39,691 nt of DNA from Candidatus Bathyarchaeia archaeon (GTDB lineage Archaea > Thermoproteota > Bathyarchaeia > Bathyarchaeales > DTEX01): NCBI GenBank assembly GCA_038826015.1, contig JAWBOR010000002.1:1-39691 (forward strand). Reading direction: 5' to 3'. The translations under genes and the position numbers were made by a program. Shown in pieces: positions 18,702-27,884 of the stretch (position 1 is its first letter; each line of letters starts with the position of its first letter). Below the pieces are notes generated by a model. That model had not been told where the DNA came from. It worked only from the letters and a program-made list of their open reading frames with translations, and searched no databases.

Positions 18702-19307
18702 ATGTTGAAAGTAACCATAATCGACTGCGGCATCGGCAACCTCTTCAGTATAGAATGCGCTCTAAAAAAGATTGGATTAGACGCAAAAATCTCTTCGACA
18801 GCTAAAGGTCTTCAAAACGTAGATGCCATTGTTCTTCCAGGCGTCGGCAACTTCAGAGCAGGATCAGATAATCTCCGATTACTAAAACCTGAAATAGTCA
18901 AAATTGTAGAGGATGGTGTGCCTCTATTCGGGATATGTCTCGGTATGCAGCTACTTTTTGAAGAAAGCGAAGAGAGCCCTGGAAGAGGATTAGGCATTTT
19001 TAGTGGCAAGGTTGTGAAATTACCCAAACATATTAAGAGTCCACATATGGGTTGGAACACTCTTAAAATCACTAAACCCACTGTTCTGTTGGATGGCATC
19101 GATGAAAAAGATCATTTTTACTTTGTGCATAGCTACTACCCAAATCCCGCTGTTGCAAATGTTGTAGCTGCAGTGACAGATTACTCTATAACCTTCGCTT
19201 CAGTCGTGGCTAAGAAAAACGTTTTCGGCGTACAATTTCATCCAGAAAAATCTGGTAAACCAGGAGAGAGAGTGCTCAGAAACTTCGTGCGCATCGTTAA
19301 AAAATAG
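18702..19307 (+). CDS. hisH: IGP synthase glutaminase subunit
   Basis: Motifs GNL.S, LPGVG, GICLGMQ, PHMGWN, FYFVHSY and QFHPEKS. Confidence 0.97.
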   Translation: MLKVTIIDCGIGNLFSIECALKKIGLDAKISSTAKGLQNVDAIVLPGVGNFRAGSDNLRLLKPEIVKIVEDGVPLFGICLGMQLLFEESEESPGRGLGIFSGKVVKLPKHIKSPHMGWNTLKITKPTVLLDGIDEKDHFYFVHSYYPNPAVANVVAAVTDYSITFASVVAKKNVFGVQFHPEKSGKPGERVLRNFVRIVKK

Positions 19308-19321
19308 GAAGCGAACAATTC

Positions 19322-20044
19322 ATGGAAGTGATCCCAGCCGTAGATATAATGAAAGGCAAAGTTGTCCGGCTTCTTAAAGGGGATCCGAAATTCGCCAAAT
19401 CATATGAGCAATTAGGAGACCCCGTGACTCTGGCCAAAAGATGGGAGACTGAAGGCGCACGGATAATTCACGTTGTTGATTTGGACGCAGCTCTTGAACT
19501 GGGAAGCAACATTGACATAGTCATGAAAGTAATTAACTCAGTTAGAGTTCCGATTCAAGTTGGCGGCGGAATCAGAAGCCTTGATATGGCCCGGCGAATG
19601 CTTAACATGGGCGCTGCTAGAATAATTCTTGGTTCTCTCGCATTTGAAGAGCCGTTCACCGTTAAAGCTCTTTTCGACAAGTTCGGAGAAGATAGGATCA
19701 TAATAGCTTTAGACAATATTAATGGAGTAGTTATGGTGCACGGATGGAAAACTCCTGCAGAAATAACAGTCGATGCAGCCGCGGCAAAATTTTTAAAATC
19801 AGGCATTAATCTTTTTTTGGTGACTTCCATAGCACGCGATGGAGCTATGGCGGGTCCTGACTTTGAAACTTTGGCTAAAATATGTCGTTTAGGTGTAAAA
19901 GTGATCGCGGCCGGTGGCATAAGAAGCCTTGTGGATCTTATGGCTTTAAAACGTCTAGGCGTTTATGGGGTTATTGTTGGTAAAGCCCTTTACGAAGGCT
20001 TATTCACTTTAAGTGAAGCCTTAAGAACAGTTGAAGAAAAATGA
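19322..20044 (+). CDS. hisA: ProFAR isomerase
   Basis: Motifs IPAVDI..GKVVRL..G, HVVDLD.A, QVGGGIR, T.I.RDG...GPD and GKALYEG. Confidence 0.96.
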   Translation: MEVIPAVDIMKGKVVRLLKGDPKFAKSYEQLGDPVTLAKRWETEGARIIHVVDLDAALELGSNIDIVMKVINSVRVPIQVGGGIRSLDMARRMLNMGAARIILGSLAFEEPFTVKALFDKFGEDRIIIALDNINGVVMVHGWKTPAEITVDAAAAKFLKSGINLFLVTSIARDGAMAGPDFETLAKICRLGVKVIAAGGIRSLVDLMALKRLGVYGVIVGKALYEGLFTLSEALRTVEEK

Positions 20045-20871
20045 ATATAGGAGAAGACTGGATTATGGTTTTGACGAAAAGGATAATTCCATGCCTCGAT
20101 GTTGATCACGGCAAAGTCGTCAAGGGAATACATTTTGTGAATTTGAGACGAGCTGGCGACCCTGTTGAACTTGGTAAACGGTACAGCGATGAAGGCGCAG
20201 ATGAGCTTGTCTTCCTTGACATAACGGCTTCGCCTGAGAAGAGGGATATACTCAAAGACGTTGTGAGATCCGTGGCATCTGAGATAAGTATCCCATTCAC
20301 AGTGGGAGGCGGAATCCGAAGCATCGAGGACGCCCGCATGGTTTTATGCAACGGCGCCGATAAAGTATCAGTTAATACAGCTGCTGTTGAGAATCCCCCG
20401 CTGATTACGGAGATAGCTGAGACTTTCGGGTGTCAGTGTGCAGTGGTAGCCATCGATGCTAAGAGAAGATATGAAGCTTTCCCAGACAGAGTTACAGTTC
20501 AAACAGCTGAGGGACCATGCTGGTTCGAAGTTTACACTTATGGCGGTAGAAAACCAACAAGCATCGATGCGCTTAAGTGGGCTGTGGAAGCAGCTGAACG
20601 AGGCGCCGGAGAGATTCTTCTCACATCTATGGATAGAGACGGAACAGAAGATGGATATGATATTGAGTTGACCAGAAGCATTGTTGAAAGAGTCAATATT
20701 CCAGTAATCGCAAGTGGCGGAGCAGGAAAACCTGAACATTTCCTTGAAGCCTTCACTGTTGGAAAAGCCGATGCTGCTTTAGCTGCCTCGGTCTTCCACT
20801 ATGACAAGTATCCGATTCCCGTGGTGAAACATTTCTTGGCTGAAAAAGGAGTGCCCATAAGACTTTGTTGA
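20041..20871 (+). CDS. hisF: IGP synthase cyclase subunit
   Basis: Motifs [48 protein letters not shown] and IASGGAG. Alternative start at ATG 20065. Confidence 0.97.
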   Translation: MNIGEDWIMVLTKRIIPCLDVDHGKVVKGIHFVNLRRAGDPVELGKRYSDEGADELVFLDITASPEKRDILKDVVRSVASEISIPFTVGGGIRSIEDARMVLCNGADKVSVNTAAVENPPLITEIAETFGCQCAVVAIDAKRRYEAFPDRVTVQTAEGPCWFEVYTYGGRKPTSIDALKWAVEAAERGAGEILLTSMDRDGTEDGYDIELTRSIVERVNIPVIASGGAGKPEHFLEAFTVGKADAALAASVFHYDKYPIPVVKHFLAEKGVPIRLC

Positions 20872-21239
20872 CCAGAAAGTTGCTTAATATTGATGATCTG
20901 GATTTCAGCAAAGGCGATGGTTTAATCCCAGCCATCGCGCAGGATTCAGAATCTTTGAAGGTGTTAACTTTGGCTTATGTAAATAGGGAAGCTCTAGAGA
21001 AGACGATTGAAACCGGATACGCCCATTATTTTAGGCGTTCCTTCGGCAGAGTCATGAAGAAAGGTGAAACCTCTGGAAATGTACAGGAAGTTGAAGATAT
21101 CCTAATAGACTGTGATCACGATGCGATCTTATTCCTCGTTAAACAGACAGGGCCAGCATGCCACCTAGGTAAAGAAACATGCTTCCATAACAAAGTAAAA
21201 TACAGAAATCCAAAAGTTGAGAGAAAAACTATCACGTAA
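20865..21239 (+). CDS. hisI: Phosphoribosyl-AMP cyclohydrolase (stand-alone, no HisE domain)
   Basis: Motifs [22 protein letters not shown] and ACH.G..TCF. The protein ends without a MazG-like HisE domain. Confidence 0.95.
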   Translation: MLTRKLLNIDDLDFSKGDGLIPAIAQDSESLKVLTLAYVNREALEKTIETGYAHYFRRSFGRVMKKGETSGNVQEVEDILIDCDHDAILFLVKQTGPACHLGKETCFHNKVKYRNPKVERKTIT

Positions 21240-21526
21240 AATACTATCTCAGGAATCTCCATATGCCTCGCTCCTATAAGAAGCGCTGGCACCGCCCGCC
21301 TAGAAGAAAGATGCCGTTTGCAAACTTTGATGTAAACCCGTCAACGTTAATAGGCTACTTTCATATAGATAAGTCTCCCGCCCAGAGCCAAACCCCACAT
21401 AACGTGACCAAACTCATGAATGAGATCCATGAAAAGTCCCATAGGAATGAACAAAATTAATGGAAAGATGATTTGTGTATTGGAGAACTTGCCAATCTTG
21501 AGAAGTAGAATTCTCTTCATAATCAT
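21200..21526 (-). pseudogene. Degraded M50-type membrane metallopeptidase (HExGH)
   Basis: ATG 21526 gives MIMKRILLLKIGKFSNTQIIFPLILFIPMGLFMDLIHEFGHVMWGLALGGRLIYMKVAY* (stop 21349-21347, HEFGH at 21418-21404). Further hydrophobic fragments continue in shifted frames: NVDGFTSKFANGIF... and [27 protein letters not shown]. Confidence 0.6.
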
Positions 21527-21551
21527 CTAAACAAACAAGCAAGTTTTTGAT

Positions 21552-22841
21552 TTATATAATCCAAGGCGGATACTTTTGTCCTTTTAAAAGCGTTTCAAAG
21601 TTTTCTTTTTCTCTGATTTGGGCGTAATCACCGTTTTTGACAAGGATTTCGGCGCATCTCGGCCTAGAATTGTACTGGGAGCTCATTGCGAAGCCGTAGG
21701 CTCCAGCGTTTAATATGGCCAAGAGGTCGCCTTCACGGATTTGGGGCAACGGTCTATCCCGAGCTAAGAGGTCGCCTGATTCGCATATGGGGCCCGCAAT
21801 GTCGTAGACTTCTTCTTCGGGTTCGTTAAGCCTGTTCGCCACAACGATAGGATGATATGAGCCGTACATAGATGGCCTAATCAAAGTGTTGAAACCCGCG
21901 TCAACACCGACAAACTTCTTGAAAGGCGTAATCTTCACCGTGTTTACAGCTGTTAAGAGAATCCCAGCATCGCAAACTATGAATCTGCCTGGCTCAACAC
22001 AGAAGAAAGGCTCCCCCAAATCATATTCTTTTATTCTTTTTTTATAAAGCCCAAGAACATTTTCCGCAAACGAATCCAAATTCAGAGCCTCATCTTCTGG
22101 TTTGTAGGGCACTCCTAAACCTCCGCCGAAGTCAATGAATTCAAAGTCTAAACCTAACTTATCATGGATTAAACGAGCTATTTCCAGAAGCTTTTCCGCA
22201 GCTAGAACAAAAGGTTCAACTGTGAGTATACCTGAACCTATATGCATATGAATACCGAATCTTTTCACGTCAGCATCCTGAGCTAACCTATAAGCCTCTA
22301 ACACATCTTTCTCCCATATCCCAAACTTTGAACTCCTCCCAGCTGTAATCACATGTTCATGGTGACCAGCTCCAACCTCTGGGTTTACCCTAATTGAAAG
22401 AAGGTTCGGCACATGAAATCGCAGTAGCCTTTTCAGCTGTGAGAGCGAATCCACATTGATAGCCACATTGAAGTCCATGATATATTTCATCTCCTCATTG
22501 CGCACACTTGTGCCCGTAAAAAGAATTTTCTCGGATGGAAAACCGACTTTAAGCGCTAAAAAGACTTCACCTGGGCTCACAGCATCAAGATAAGAACCTT
22601 CATTGAGTAGAATTTTCAAGATTGAAAGGTTTGTATTAGCTTTTGCCGAGTAATAGATTCTGATTTTCCCATAATGCTTAGATAAAGCTCTGTGCAAACG
22701 GCGATAGTTTTCTCTAATCCTTCGCTCGCTCATAACGTAAATGGGCGTGTCAAACTCCTTTGCGAGTTTCAGAGATGAAACACCATCTATGTAAAGAACC
22801 CCATCTCTGTTTTCTAAAATTTCCTCTATTAGTTTTGGCAT
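21552..22841 (-). CDS. lysA: Diaminopimelate decarboxylase
   Basis: Motifs YSAKAN (PLP Lys), DAVSPGE, RVNP, SKFG, HMHIGS, DFGGG, EPGR, IRP.MY, GPICESGD and GAYG..MSS.YNSRP. Confidence 0.96.
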   Translation of the reverse strand: MPKLIEEILENRDGVLYIDGVSSLKLAKEFDTPIYVMSERRIRENYRRLHRALSKHYGKIRIYYSAKANTNLSILKILLNEGSYLDAVSPGEVFLALKVGFPSEKILFTGTSVRNEEMKYIMDFNVAINVDSLSQLKRLLRFHVPNLLSIRVNPEVGAGHHEHVITAGRSSKFGIWEKDVLEAYRLAQDADVKRFGIHMHIGSGILTVEPFVLAAEKLLEIARLIHDKLGLDFEFIDFGGGLGVPYKPEDEALNLDSFAENVLGLYKKRIKEYDLGEPFFCVEPGRFIVCDAGILLTAVNTVKITPFKKFVGVDAGFNTLIRPSMYGSYHPIVVANRLNEPEEEVYDIAGPICESGDLLARDRPLPQIREGDLLAILNAGAYGFAMSSQYNSRPRCAEILVKNGDYAQIREKENFETLLKGQKYPPWII

Positions 22842-22885
22842 AATGATACCTACTTTTTTATGTGAGGCAAAAGTAACTTATTAGA

Positions 22886-23944
22886 TTAGAGGATCCCCTT
22901 AGTAACCATTAGCTCAGCGCTTAGAATGCCAGCTCCAGCTGCGCCTCTCACTGTGTTATGTCCTAGACAAAGGTATTTAACAGTCATGATCGGGTCAGAT
23001 CGAATTCGCCCAACAACTACACTCATTCCGTTTCCAGCATCTCTATCAAACCGCGGCTGGGGTCTGTCAGGCTCTTCCCTGACAATTATAGGTTTTTCAG
23101 GCGCTGTGGGCAGCTTAAATTTCTGCGGTTCGCCTCTGAAATTTCTAAATGCTTCTTTGATTTCTTCCACGCTTGGTTTGGATTCTAATTCAACGAAAAC
23201 TGCTTCAAGATGCCCATCTTTAACGTTTACACGGTTGCAACTAGCACTTATAGAAATGTCTGCAGGCTTAACATGTGTACCATCGAATGTACCTAGTATC
23301 TTTCTTGTTTCACTTTCCATCTTCTCCTCTTCCTTCGAGATGTAGGGAATAACATTGTCGATAATATCGAGTGAGGATACTCCGGGATAGCCAGCACCAC
23401 TTAAAGCCTGCATAGTTGTAACAATCACCCTTTTAAGCCCAAAAGCCATAAGAGGTTTTAACGTCATAGCCATTTGAATAGTTGAGCAATTAGGATCAGT
23501 TGAAATAAACCCTTTCCAGCCTCGCTTCTTTCTCTGGATCGGGATAAGTTCTAATTGTTCTGAGTTCACTTCGGGTATCAGAAGCGGGACATCCTCTTCC
23601 ATTCTATGCGCTGCAGCTTTGCTTAGCACAGGGTATTCTGCTGCAAACTCTGTTTCCACTGGACCCGCTAGGTCGCCTGGCAAAGTTGAAAAGACAAAGT
23701 CCACGTCTTCGGTTTCTTTCACGCTTTTTAAATCTGTATTTACGACGTTCATGTCGCCGATTTCTGAAGGCATTTCGGTTTCCATTCGCCACACACAGGC
23801 ATTCTTGTATTTCTTGCCAGCTGAACGTTCCGATGCGGCGAGCACAGAGGTTTCGAACCATGGATGACCTTCGAGTAGTTGGATGAACCTTTGTCCAACA
23901 GCTCCTGTCGCACCCAATATAGCTACTTTACGTTTCAAGTACAT
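22886..23944 (-). CDS. asd: Aspartate-semialdehyde dehydrogenase (archaeal type)
   Basis: Motifs [44 protein letters not shown] and HNTVRGAAG. Confidence 0.96.
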   Translation of the reverse strand: MYLKRKVAILGATGAVGQRFIQLLEGHPWFETSVLAASERSAGKKYKNACVWRMETEMPSEIGDMNVVNTDLKSVKETEDVDFVFSTLPGDLAGPVETEFAAEYPVLSKAAAHRMEEDVPLLIPEVNSEQLELIPIQRKKRGWKGFISTDPNCSTIQMAMTLKPLMAFGLKRVIVTTMQALSGAGYPGVSSLDIIDNVIPYISKEEEKMESETRKILGTFDGTHVKPADISISASCNRVNVKDGHLEAVFVELESKPSVEEIKEAFRNFRGEPQKFKLPTAPEKPIIVREEPDRPQPRFDRDAGNGMSVVVGRIRSDPIMTVKYLCLGHNTVRGAAGAGILSAELMVTKGIL

Positions 23945-25106
23945 CCCTCACAACTTTAACAGCATCTTCAAGTTTGGATTCGTCAATGAATATGTTTATT
24001 GTAGCCTTACTAGTTGTGATTTCTATTATATTTATGTTTCTGGAAGCCAGAACGCCTGAAATCTTCGCTATCCAGCCAGGTGAATCAATAAAGACCGGAT
24101 GAGTCACCTCAATATGGCCGACATTGTTTCGGAAACTTAACGCCTTGGATATGTTGAGCCCATGCAGTCTGTTTACAAGCTCGTTTGGATTCTCAGCAGA
24201 TGTGAAGACGGTGAGTGATCCTTTACCTGTGCTAATTCCAAATATTGGATTGTTGCCAAGTGAGGCGAAAAGTTTGTTCATATTCTCAGAATTAATGTTA
24301 GCAACTAGGCTGATTGCAAGAATCCCCTTTTTCTCGTTAATCTCAAATGAGTTAGGATCGAAGTCTCCAACGATTTCTGTCCCATGCGAATTAAGATTGC
24401 TTGAGAAGCTAACAATTCTCAGCTTCTGCTCAGGCAGTTTGTATTTTAAAGCTTCAGCCTTAACTATTTTTGCTCCCCCATGCGCCAGAGCAAACATCTC
24501 GTGAATATTCAACTTCTCCAGAGGCTTAGCATCCGGCACAACTTTGGGATCAGCAGACATCACACCTTCTGTCTCCTTTACGAGAATTACTTCGTTGGCT
24601 TTAAGACAGTTGGCGAGAATCATAGCAGTTGTGTCGCTTCCTCCTCGACCTAGAGTAGTTATGTTCCCTTCGCTGTCACGTCCAAGGAAACCGCATACAA
24701 CCACTATTTTTTTGCCTAAAAGAGGTTCAATGTATCTGTTAACTCGTTCACATGTCTTCTCCATGTCGGGTTTGGCATCTTTAAAATTAGAATCTGTTAT
24801 AATAGGCCATTCGTTATGGTTCGGCTCTAAATATATAGCCTCTGCACCTATTGATCTTAAAGCTGAACAGAAAATACGGGCGCTGGTTCGTTCACCCATG
24901 GAAACGATTTCCGCATAATCTTGGTCGCTTAAGCCGCCTATCTGAGACATAATTTTGACCAGGTTATTTGTAGTGTCGGCTATAGCTGAAACAACCACAA
25001 CAACTTCTTCATAGCCAGAGCCCAGAACCATCTCGGCTGCCTTTTTTATTTTTTCTCCAGAAGAGAGATCGGCTCCACCGAACTTAATGACAACCCTTTT
25101 ATTCAT
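23928..25106 (-). CDS. lysC: Aspartate kinase with C-terminal ACT domain
   Basis: Motifs [36 protein letters not shown] and GVMSADP. ACT-like DSPG.IAKI...LA..NINI. Confidence 0.95.
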   Translation of the reverse strand: MNKRVVIKFGGADLSSGEKIKKAAEMVLGSGYEEVVVVVSAIADTTNNLVKIMSQIGGLSDQDYAEIVSMGERTSARIFCSALRSIGAEAIYLEPNHNEWPIITDSNFKDAKPDMEKTCERVNRYIEPLLGKKIVVVCGFLGRDSEGNITTLGRGGSDTTAMILANCLKANEVILVKETEGVMSADPKVVPDAKPLEKLNIHEMFALAHGGAKIVKAEALKYKLPEQKLRIVSFSSNLNSHGTEIVGDFDPNSFEINEKKGILAISLVANINSENMNKLFASLGNNPIFGISTGKGSLTVFTSAENPNELVNRLHGLNISKALSFRNNVGHIEVTHPVFIDSPGWIAKISGVLASRNINIIEITTSKATINIFIDESKLEDAVKVVRDVLET

Positions 25107-25131
25107 TGAATTTCCAAACCTCTAAGTTACA

Positions 25132-25926
25132 TTAGCTCAGCACATTATCCATGGTGTAAATTCCAGGCTTTGTTTGCTTAAGAATCCATTCAGCGGCTAA
25201 CAAAGCGCCTTGAGCGAAGACGTTCCTTGAGAAGGCTACATGTTCTATACGGATCATCTCATGGGGACCCGCAACTATTAGATCATGCACACCAGGAACG
25301 CCGCCGGCCCTAATCGATAGAATTTCGAGTTCGCTTGGTTTTCGAGCATTTAAACCCTCCCTTCCATAGACAACCGTGGAATAACCCCTGTTAGCCGATA
25401 TAAGTTCGCCCAGTTTTTTAGCTGTTCCACTCGGAGCATCTTTTTTTCCTGTGTGGTGGATTTCGGTTATGCTGAAGTCGTAGTCGCGTGGAAAAAGGTT
25501 TAATGTCTTCGTCAATTTGAACAATATGTTTACTCCGATGGCGTAATTAGGCGAAAAGACTGCAGGCACCTTACTTGCGACTGCCTCCTTTAATTTCTTC
25601 ATCTGCTCATCTGTTAAACCGGTTGTTCCCATGATTATTCTCTTTCCTAAACTGGCTACGACTGGAAGATTTGCAACCTCTGCTTCAGGCGTTGTGAAAC
25701 TAAGGTAGACGTCAGCTTCTTTGACAGCTGCTTTTAATTGTGACGATTCGACTATTTCTACATTGGAGTCGCATATTCCAGCCTCTTGCAGAGTCTTTCC
25801 AACGTTTGGGTCCTCCTTAGCTGCAACGGCTCCAACCACATTGAAACCTCGGGCTAATGCTTCTTTAATTAGGACGCTGCCCATCCTGCCAGTTGCGCCA
25901 GCCACGCAAATCTTAATCATAAGCAA
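25132..25926 (-). CDS. dapB: 4-hydroxy-tetrahydrodipicolinate reductase
   Basis: Motifs GATGRMG, FT.PE, GTTG, SPN.AIGVN, EIHH..KKDAPSGTA, R.G..PG.H and H.AFSR..FA.GA. Confidence 0.96.
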   Translation of the reverse strand: MLMIKICVAGATGRMGSVLIKEALARGFNVVGAVAAKEDPNVGKTLQEAGICDSNVEIVESSQLKAAVKEADVYLSFTTPEAEVANLPVVASLGKRIIMGTTGLTDEQMKKLKEAVASKVPAVFSPNYAIGVNILFKLTKTLNLFPRDYDFSITEIHHTGKKDAPSGTAKKLGELISANRGYSTVVYGREGLNARKPSELEILSIRAGGVPGVHDLIVAGPHEMIRIEHVAFSRNVFAQGALLAAEWILKQTKPGIYTMDNVLS

Positions 25927-26950
25927 GTCCTTTCCAGTTCTTCTCGTTGTAGAGTCTTTTATTGAGATTTACATCAAAGAATTTTTCTATTGGCTCTAGC
26001 ACCTCAGGTGTTTTTTCGTATACTGTTCTAGCTACGTTGAGGACCACTCCTAACCCTTTTCTGGTCATTTTACCCAAGGGCCGTCTACAAGGGCCTGCCG
26101 GCATACCTAAGATATTCATTAAGACCTTATATGGAAGCGGGTTCCTTGCTTTACATGACGTAAGCCCGAACGGTGTCTCTTCTTCAGTTTTCACCGTTAC
26201 CATCGAGAACAACGGCTTAAGCGCCTCACCGAGTTTTTTAGCTTCATCCATTTTTCCTTTAAGAATTGCTTGAACAAACCTTTGAGTCGCACCTGGCGCG
26301 ACATTGGAAGTTACCGAAATCACTCCAGAAGCTGCAATTTCTGGAATCGTCATCATTTCATAGGTTTTGTCGTCGTCGCCGGAAAGTATATCAAAGTCTT
26401 CCCCGCAAAGTTTTCTTGTTAATTTCATGTTTTCAATGTTTCCAGTTGCTTCTTTAACTGACCTCACATTCTTAAATTGGGAGTGAAGAATTGCAAGGTC
26501 TTGAGGCAAAAGCTGCGTTCCAGTTCTGCCTGGAATTACATATGGAATCAGTTGGACATCTGGGAATTCCAAGGCTATGGGTTCAATGTATTCTTTCCTT
26601 ATTTCCAGTGAACTTGGACCATTATAATAAGGGTCAACAAGCAGAACACATTTCACGCCAAGGTCTGATACTTCCCGCGTTGCTTCAATGGATTCTTCTG
26701 TAGAGTTACTTCCAGTTCCGCCAATAGTGAGGCATTTTCCATCAGCATATTCGTGAACTTTCTCGATGACTTTTATGTGTTCTTCCCAGTTTAAAGTAGG
26801 GCTTTCACCGGTTGTTCCAACCGCTAGAATTCCGCTAATTCCCTCTTTCACTTGAAATTCTACGAGACTTTTTAAACCTTCATAATCAACAGCGTATTTT
26901 TTAGTCATAGGGGTTATTATCGCCGTATAACATCCTTCAAATTTGCGCAT
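25913..26950 (-). CDS. dapA: 4-hydroxy-tetrahydrodipicolinate synthase (extended variant)
   Basis: Motifs TAIITP, GTTGESPTL, GTGSNST, PYYN, Y.IPGRTG, VKEATG (Schiff-base Lys) and SGDD. Start placed at ATG 26950 after RBS AAGGTGA. The ORF track uses GTG 26962. Confidence 0.94.
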   Translation of the reverse strand: MRKFEGCYTAIITPMTKKYAVDYEGLKSLVEFQVKEGISGILAVGTTGESPTLNWEEHIKVIEKVHEYADGKCLTIGGTGSNSTEESIEATREVSDLGVKCVLLVDPYYNGPSSLEIRKEYIEPIALEFPDVQLIPYVIPGRTGTQLLPQDLAILHSQFKNVRSVKEATGNIENMKLTRKLCGEDFDILSGDDDKTYEMMTIPEIAASGVISVTSNVAPGATQRFVQAILKGKMDEAKKLGEALKPLFSMVTVKTEEETPFGLTSCKARNPLPYKVLMNILGMPAGPCRRPLGKMTRKGLGVVLNVARTVYEKTPEVLEPIEKFFDVNLNKRLYNEKNWKGLAYD

Positions 26951-26993
26951 CTGAGATTTCACCTTATCATTGAAAAGGTGTTTTATATGAGTG

Positions 26994-27010
26994 TATTTAT
27001 CTTTTTCGTT
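26994..27010 (-). promoter_or_regulatory. BRE/TATA promoter of the dapA-dapB-lysC-asd-lysA operon
   Basis: The minus strand reads AACGAAAAAG-ATAAATA, at a suitable distance upstream of the RBS and ATG. Confidence 0.6.
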
Positions 27011-27016
27011 TTCTTG

Positions 27017-27031
27017 TTACGAAATTCGTAA
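27017..27031. promoter_or_regulatory. Perfect 15-bp palindrome, putative Lrp/LysM binding site
   Basis: TTACGAA-A-TTCGTAA, immediately upstream of the dapA BRE. Confidence 0.7.
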
Positions 27032-27070
27032 TTATTGACTCTGCGTAAAAATAGATATAAACTCCTTTCA

Positions 27071-27138
27071 TTTAACAAAAATTTTGAGCCGACATTTATT
27101 TGTTAAACGATTAAAGATGTTGAGTTGGTCATCTTTAA
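27071..27138. repeat. Two adjacent 9-bp inverted repeats downstream of pdxJ (possible terminator or RNA hairpins)
   Basis: TTTAACAAA (27071-79) pairs with TTTGTTAAA (27099-107). TTAAAGATG (27111-19) pairs with CATCTTTAA (27130-38). Confidence 0.45.
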
Positions 27139-27161
27139 ACGTATTGATTTTAGATGTATGC

Positions 27162-27884
27162 TCAGCGAAGTACAGACAGAATTTCTTTGACCGCTTGTTC
27201 AAGTCCAATAAAGACCGCGCGTGCTATTATGCTATGACCTATACTTACTTCACTAAGATTAGGAAGCTTAACGATGCGATGGAGATTCCGGAATGTTAAG
27301 CTATGTCCAGCACGTAGTTCCAATTCCAATTCGCCTGCGAGTTCTGCTGCTTTAAACAAACGCATAAACTCGAATTCTTCATTGGCACTAGAAAAAGTCG
27401 CGGCGTATGCACCAGTGTATAATTCCACTATATTGGCACCTACTTCCTTAGCTGCCTTTATTTGCTCCGCGTCTGGTTCGACGAATAAGCTAACTCTCAT
27501 ATTTCCACTGCGAAGTTGTTCGATGGCAGCACGTATACGCTCTTTTCGTCCAATAACATCTAGTCCTCCCTCGGTTGTTGTTTCTTCTGGCCTCTCAGGA
27601 ACTAGTGTGCACATATCTGGCTTCACATCCAACGCGATTTGCAACATCTCTTCAGTGATCGCCATCTCAAGATTCAAGTTTCTTTTTACTATTTGTCGAA
27701 ACAAGCGTAAATCTTGCTCTTGAATATGCCGGCGATCTAGCCTCAGATGAACAGTTATTCCATGGGCTCCTGCTTGTAAACATGTAATTGCGGCAGCTAT
27801 GAGATCTGGTTCCCAGAAAGGAGGCCCACGTGCTTGACGAAGAGTTGCAATATGATCGATATTAACGCTCAATTTAATCGTCAT
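27162..27884 (-). CDS. pdxJ: Pyridoxine 5'-phosphate synthase
   Basis: Collinear with E. coli PdxJ over its full length: VNIDHIATLR.AR, GITVHLR.DRRHI, NLEMA.TEEM, LVPE...E.TTEGGLDV, VSLF, AGH.L and IGH.II.RA. Confidence 0.96.
   Translation of the reverse strand: MTIKLSVNIDHIATLRQARGPPFWEPDLIAAAITCLQAGAHGITVHLRLDRRHIQEQDLRLFRQIVKRNLNLEMAITEEMLQIALDVKPDMCTLVPERPEETTTEGGLDVIGRKERIRAAIEQLRSGNMRVSLFVEPDAEQIKAAKEVGANIVELYTGAYAATFSSANEEFEFMRLFKAAELAGELELELRAGHSLTFRNLHRIVKLPNLSEVSIGHSIIARAVFIGLEQAVKEILSVLR

Noticed and set aside
20460-20530. Insertion in HisF ([23 protein letters not shown]) as an intein or mobile insert
   Set aside because: It is short and has no intein motifs. Similar loops occur in other archaeal HisF proteins.
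21263-21460. 65-aa plus-strand ORF MPRSYKKRWH...
   Set aside because: It is the antisense shadow of the M50 pseudogene. The minus strand carries the recognisable HEFGH motif.
27084-27299. 71-aa plus-strand ORF overlapping the pdxJ 3' end
   Set aside because: No motif or RBS, and mostly antisense to a conserved gene.
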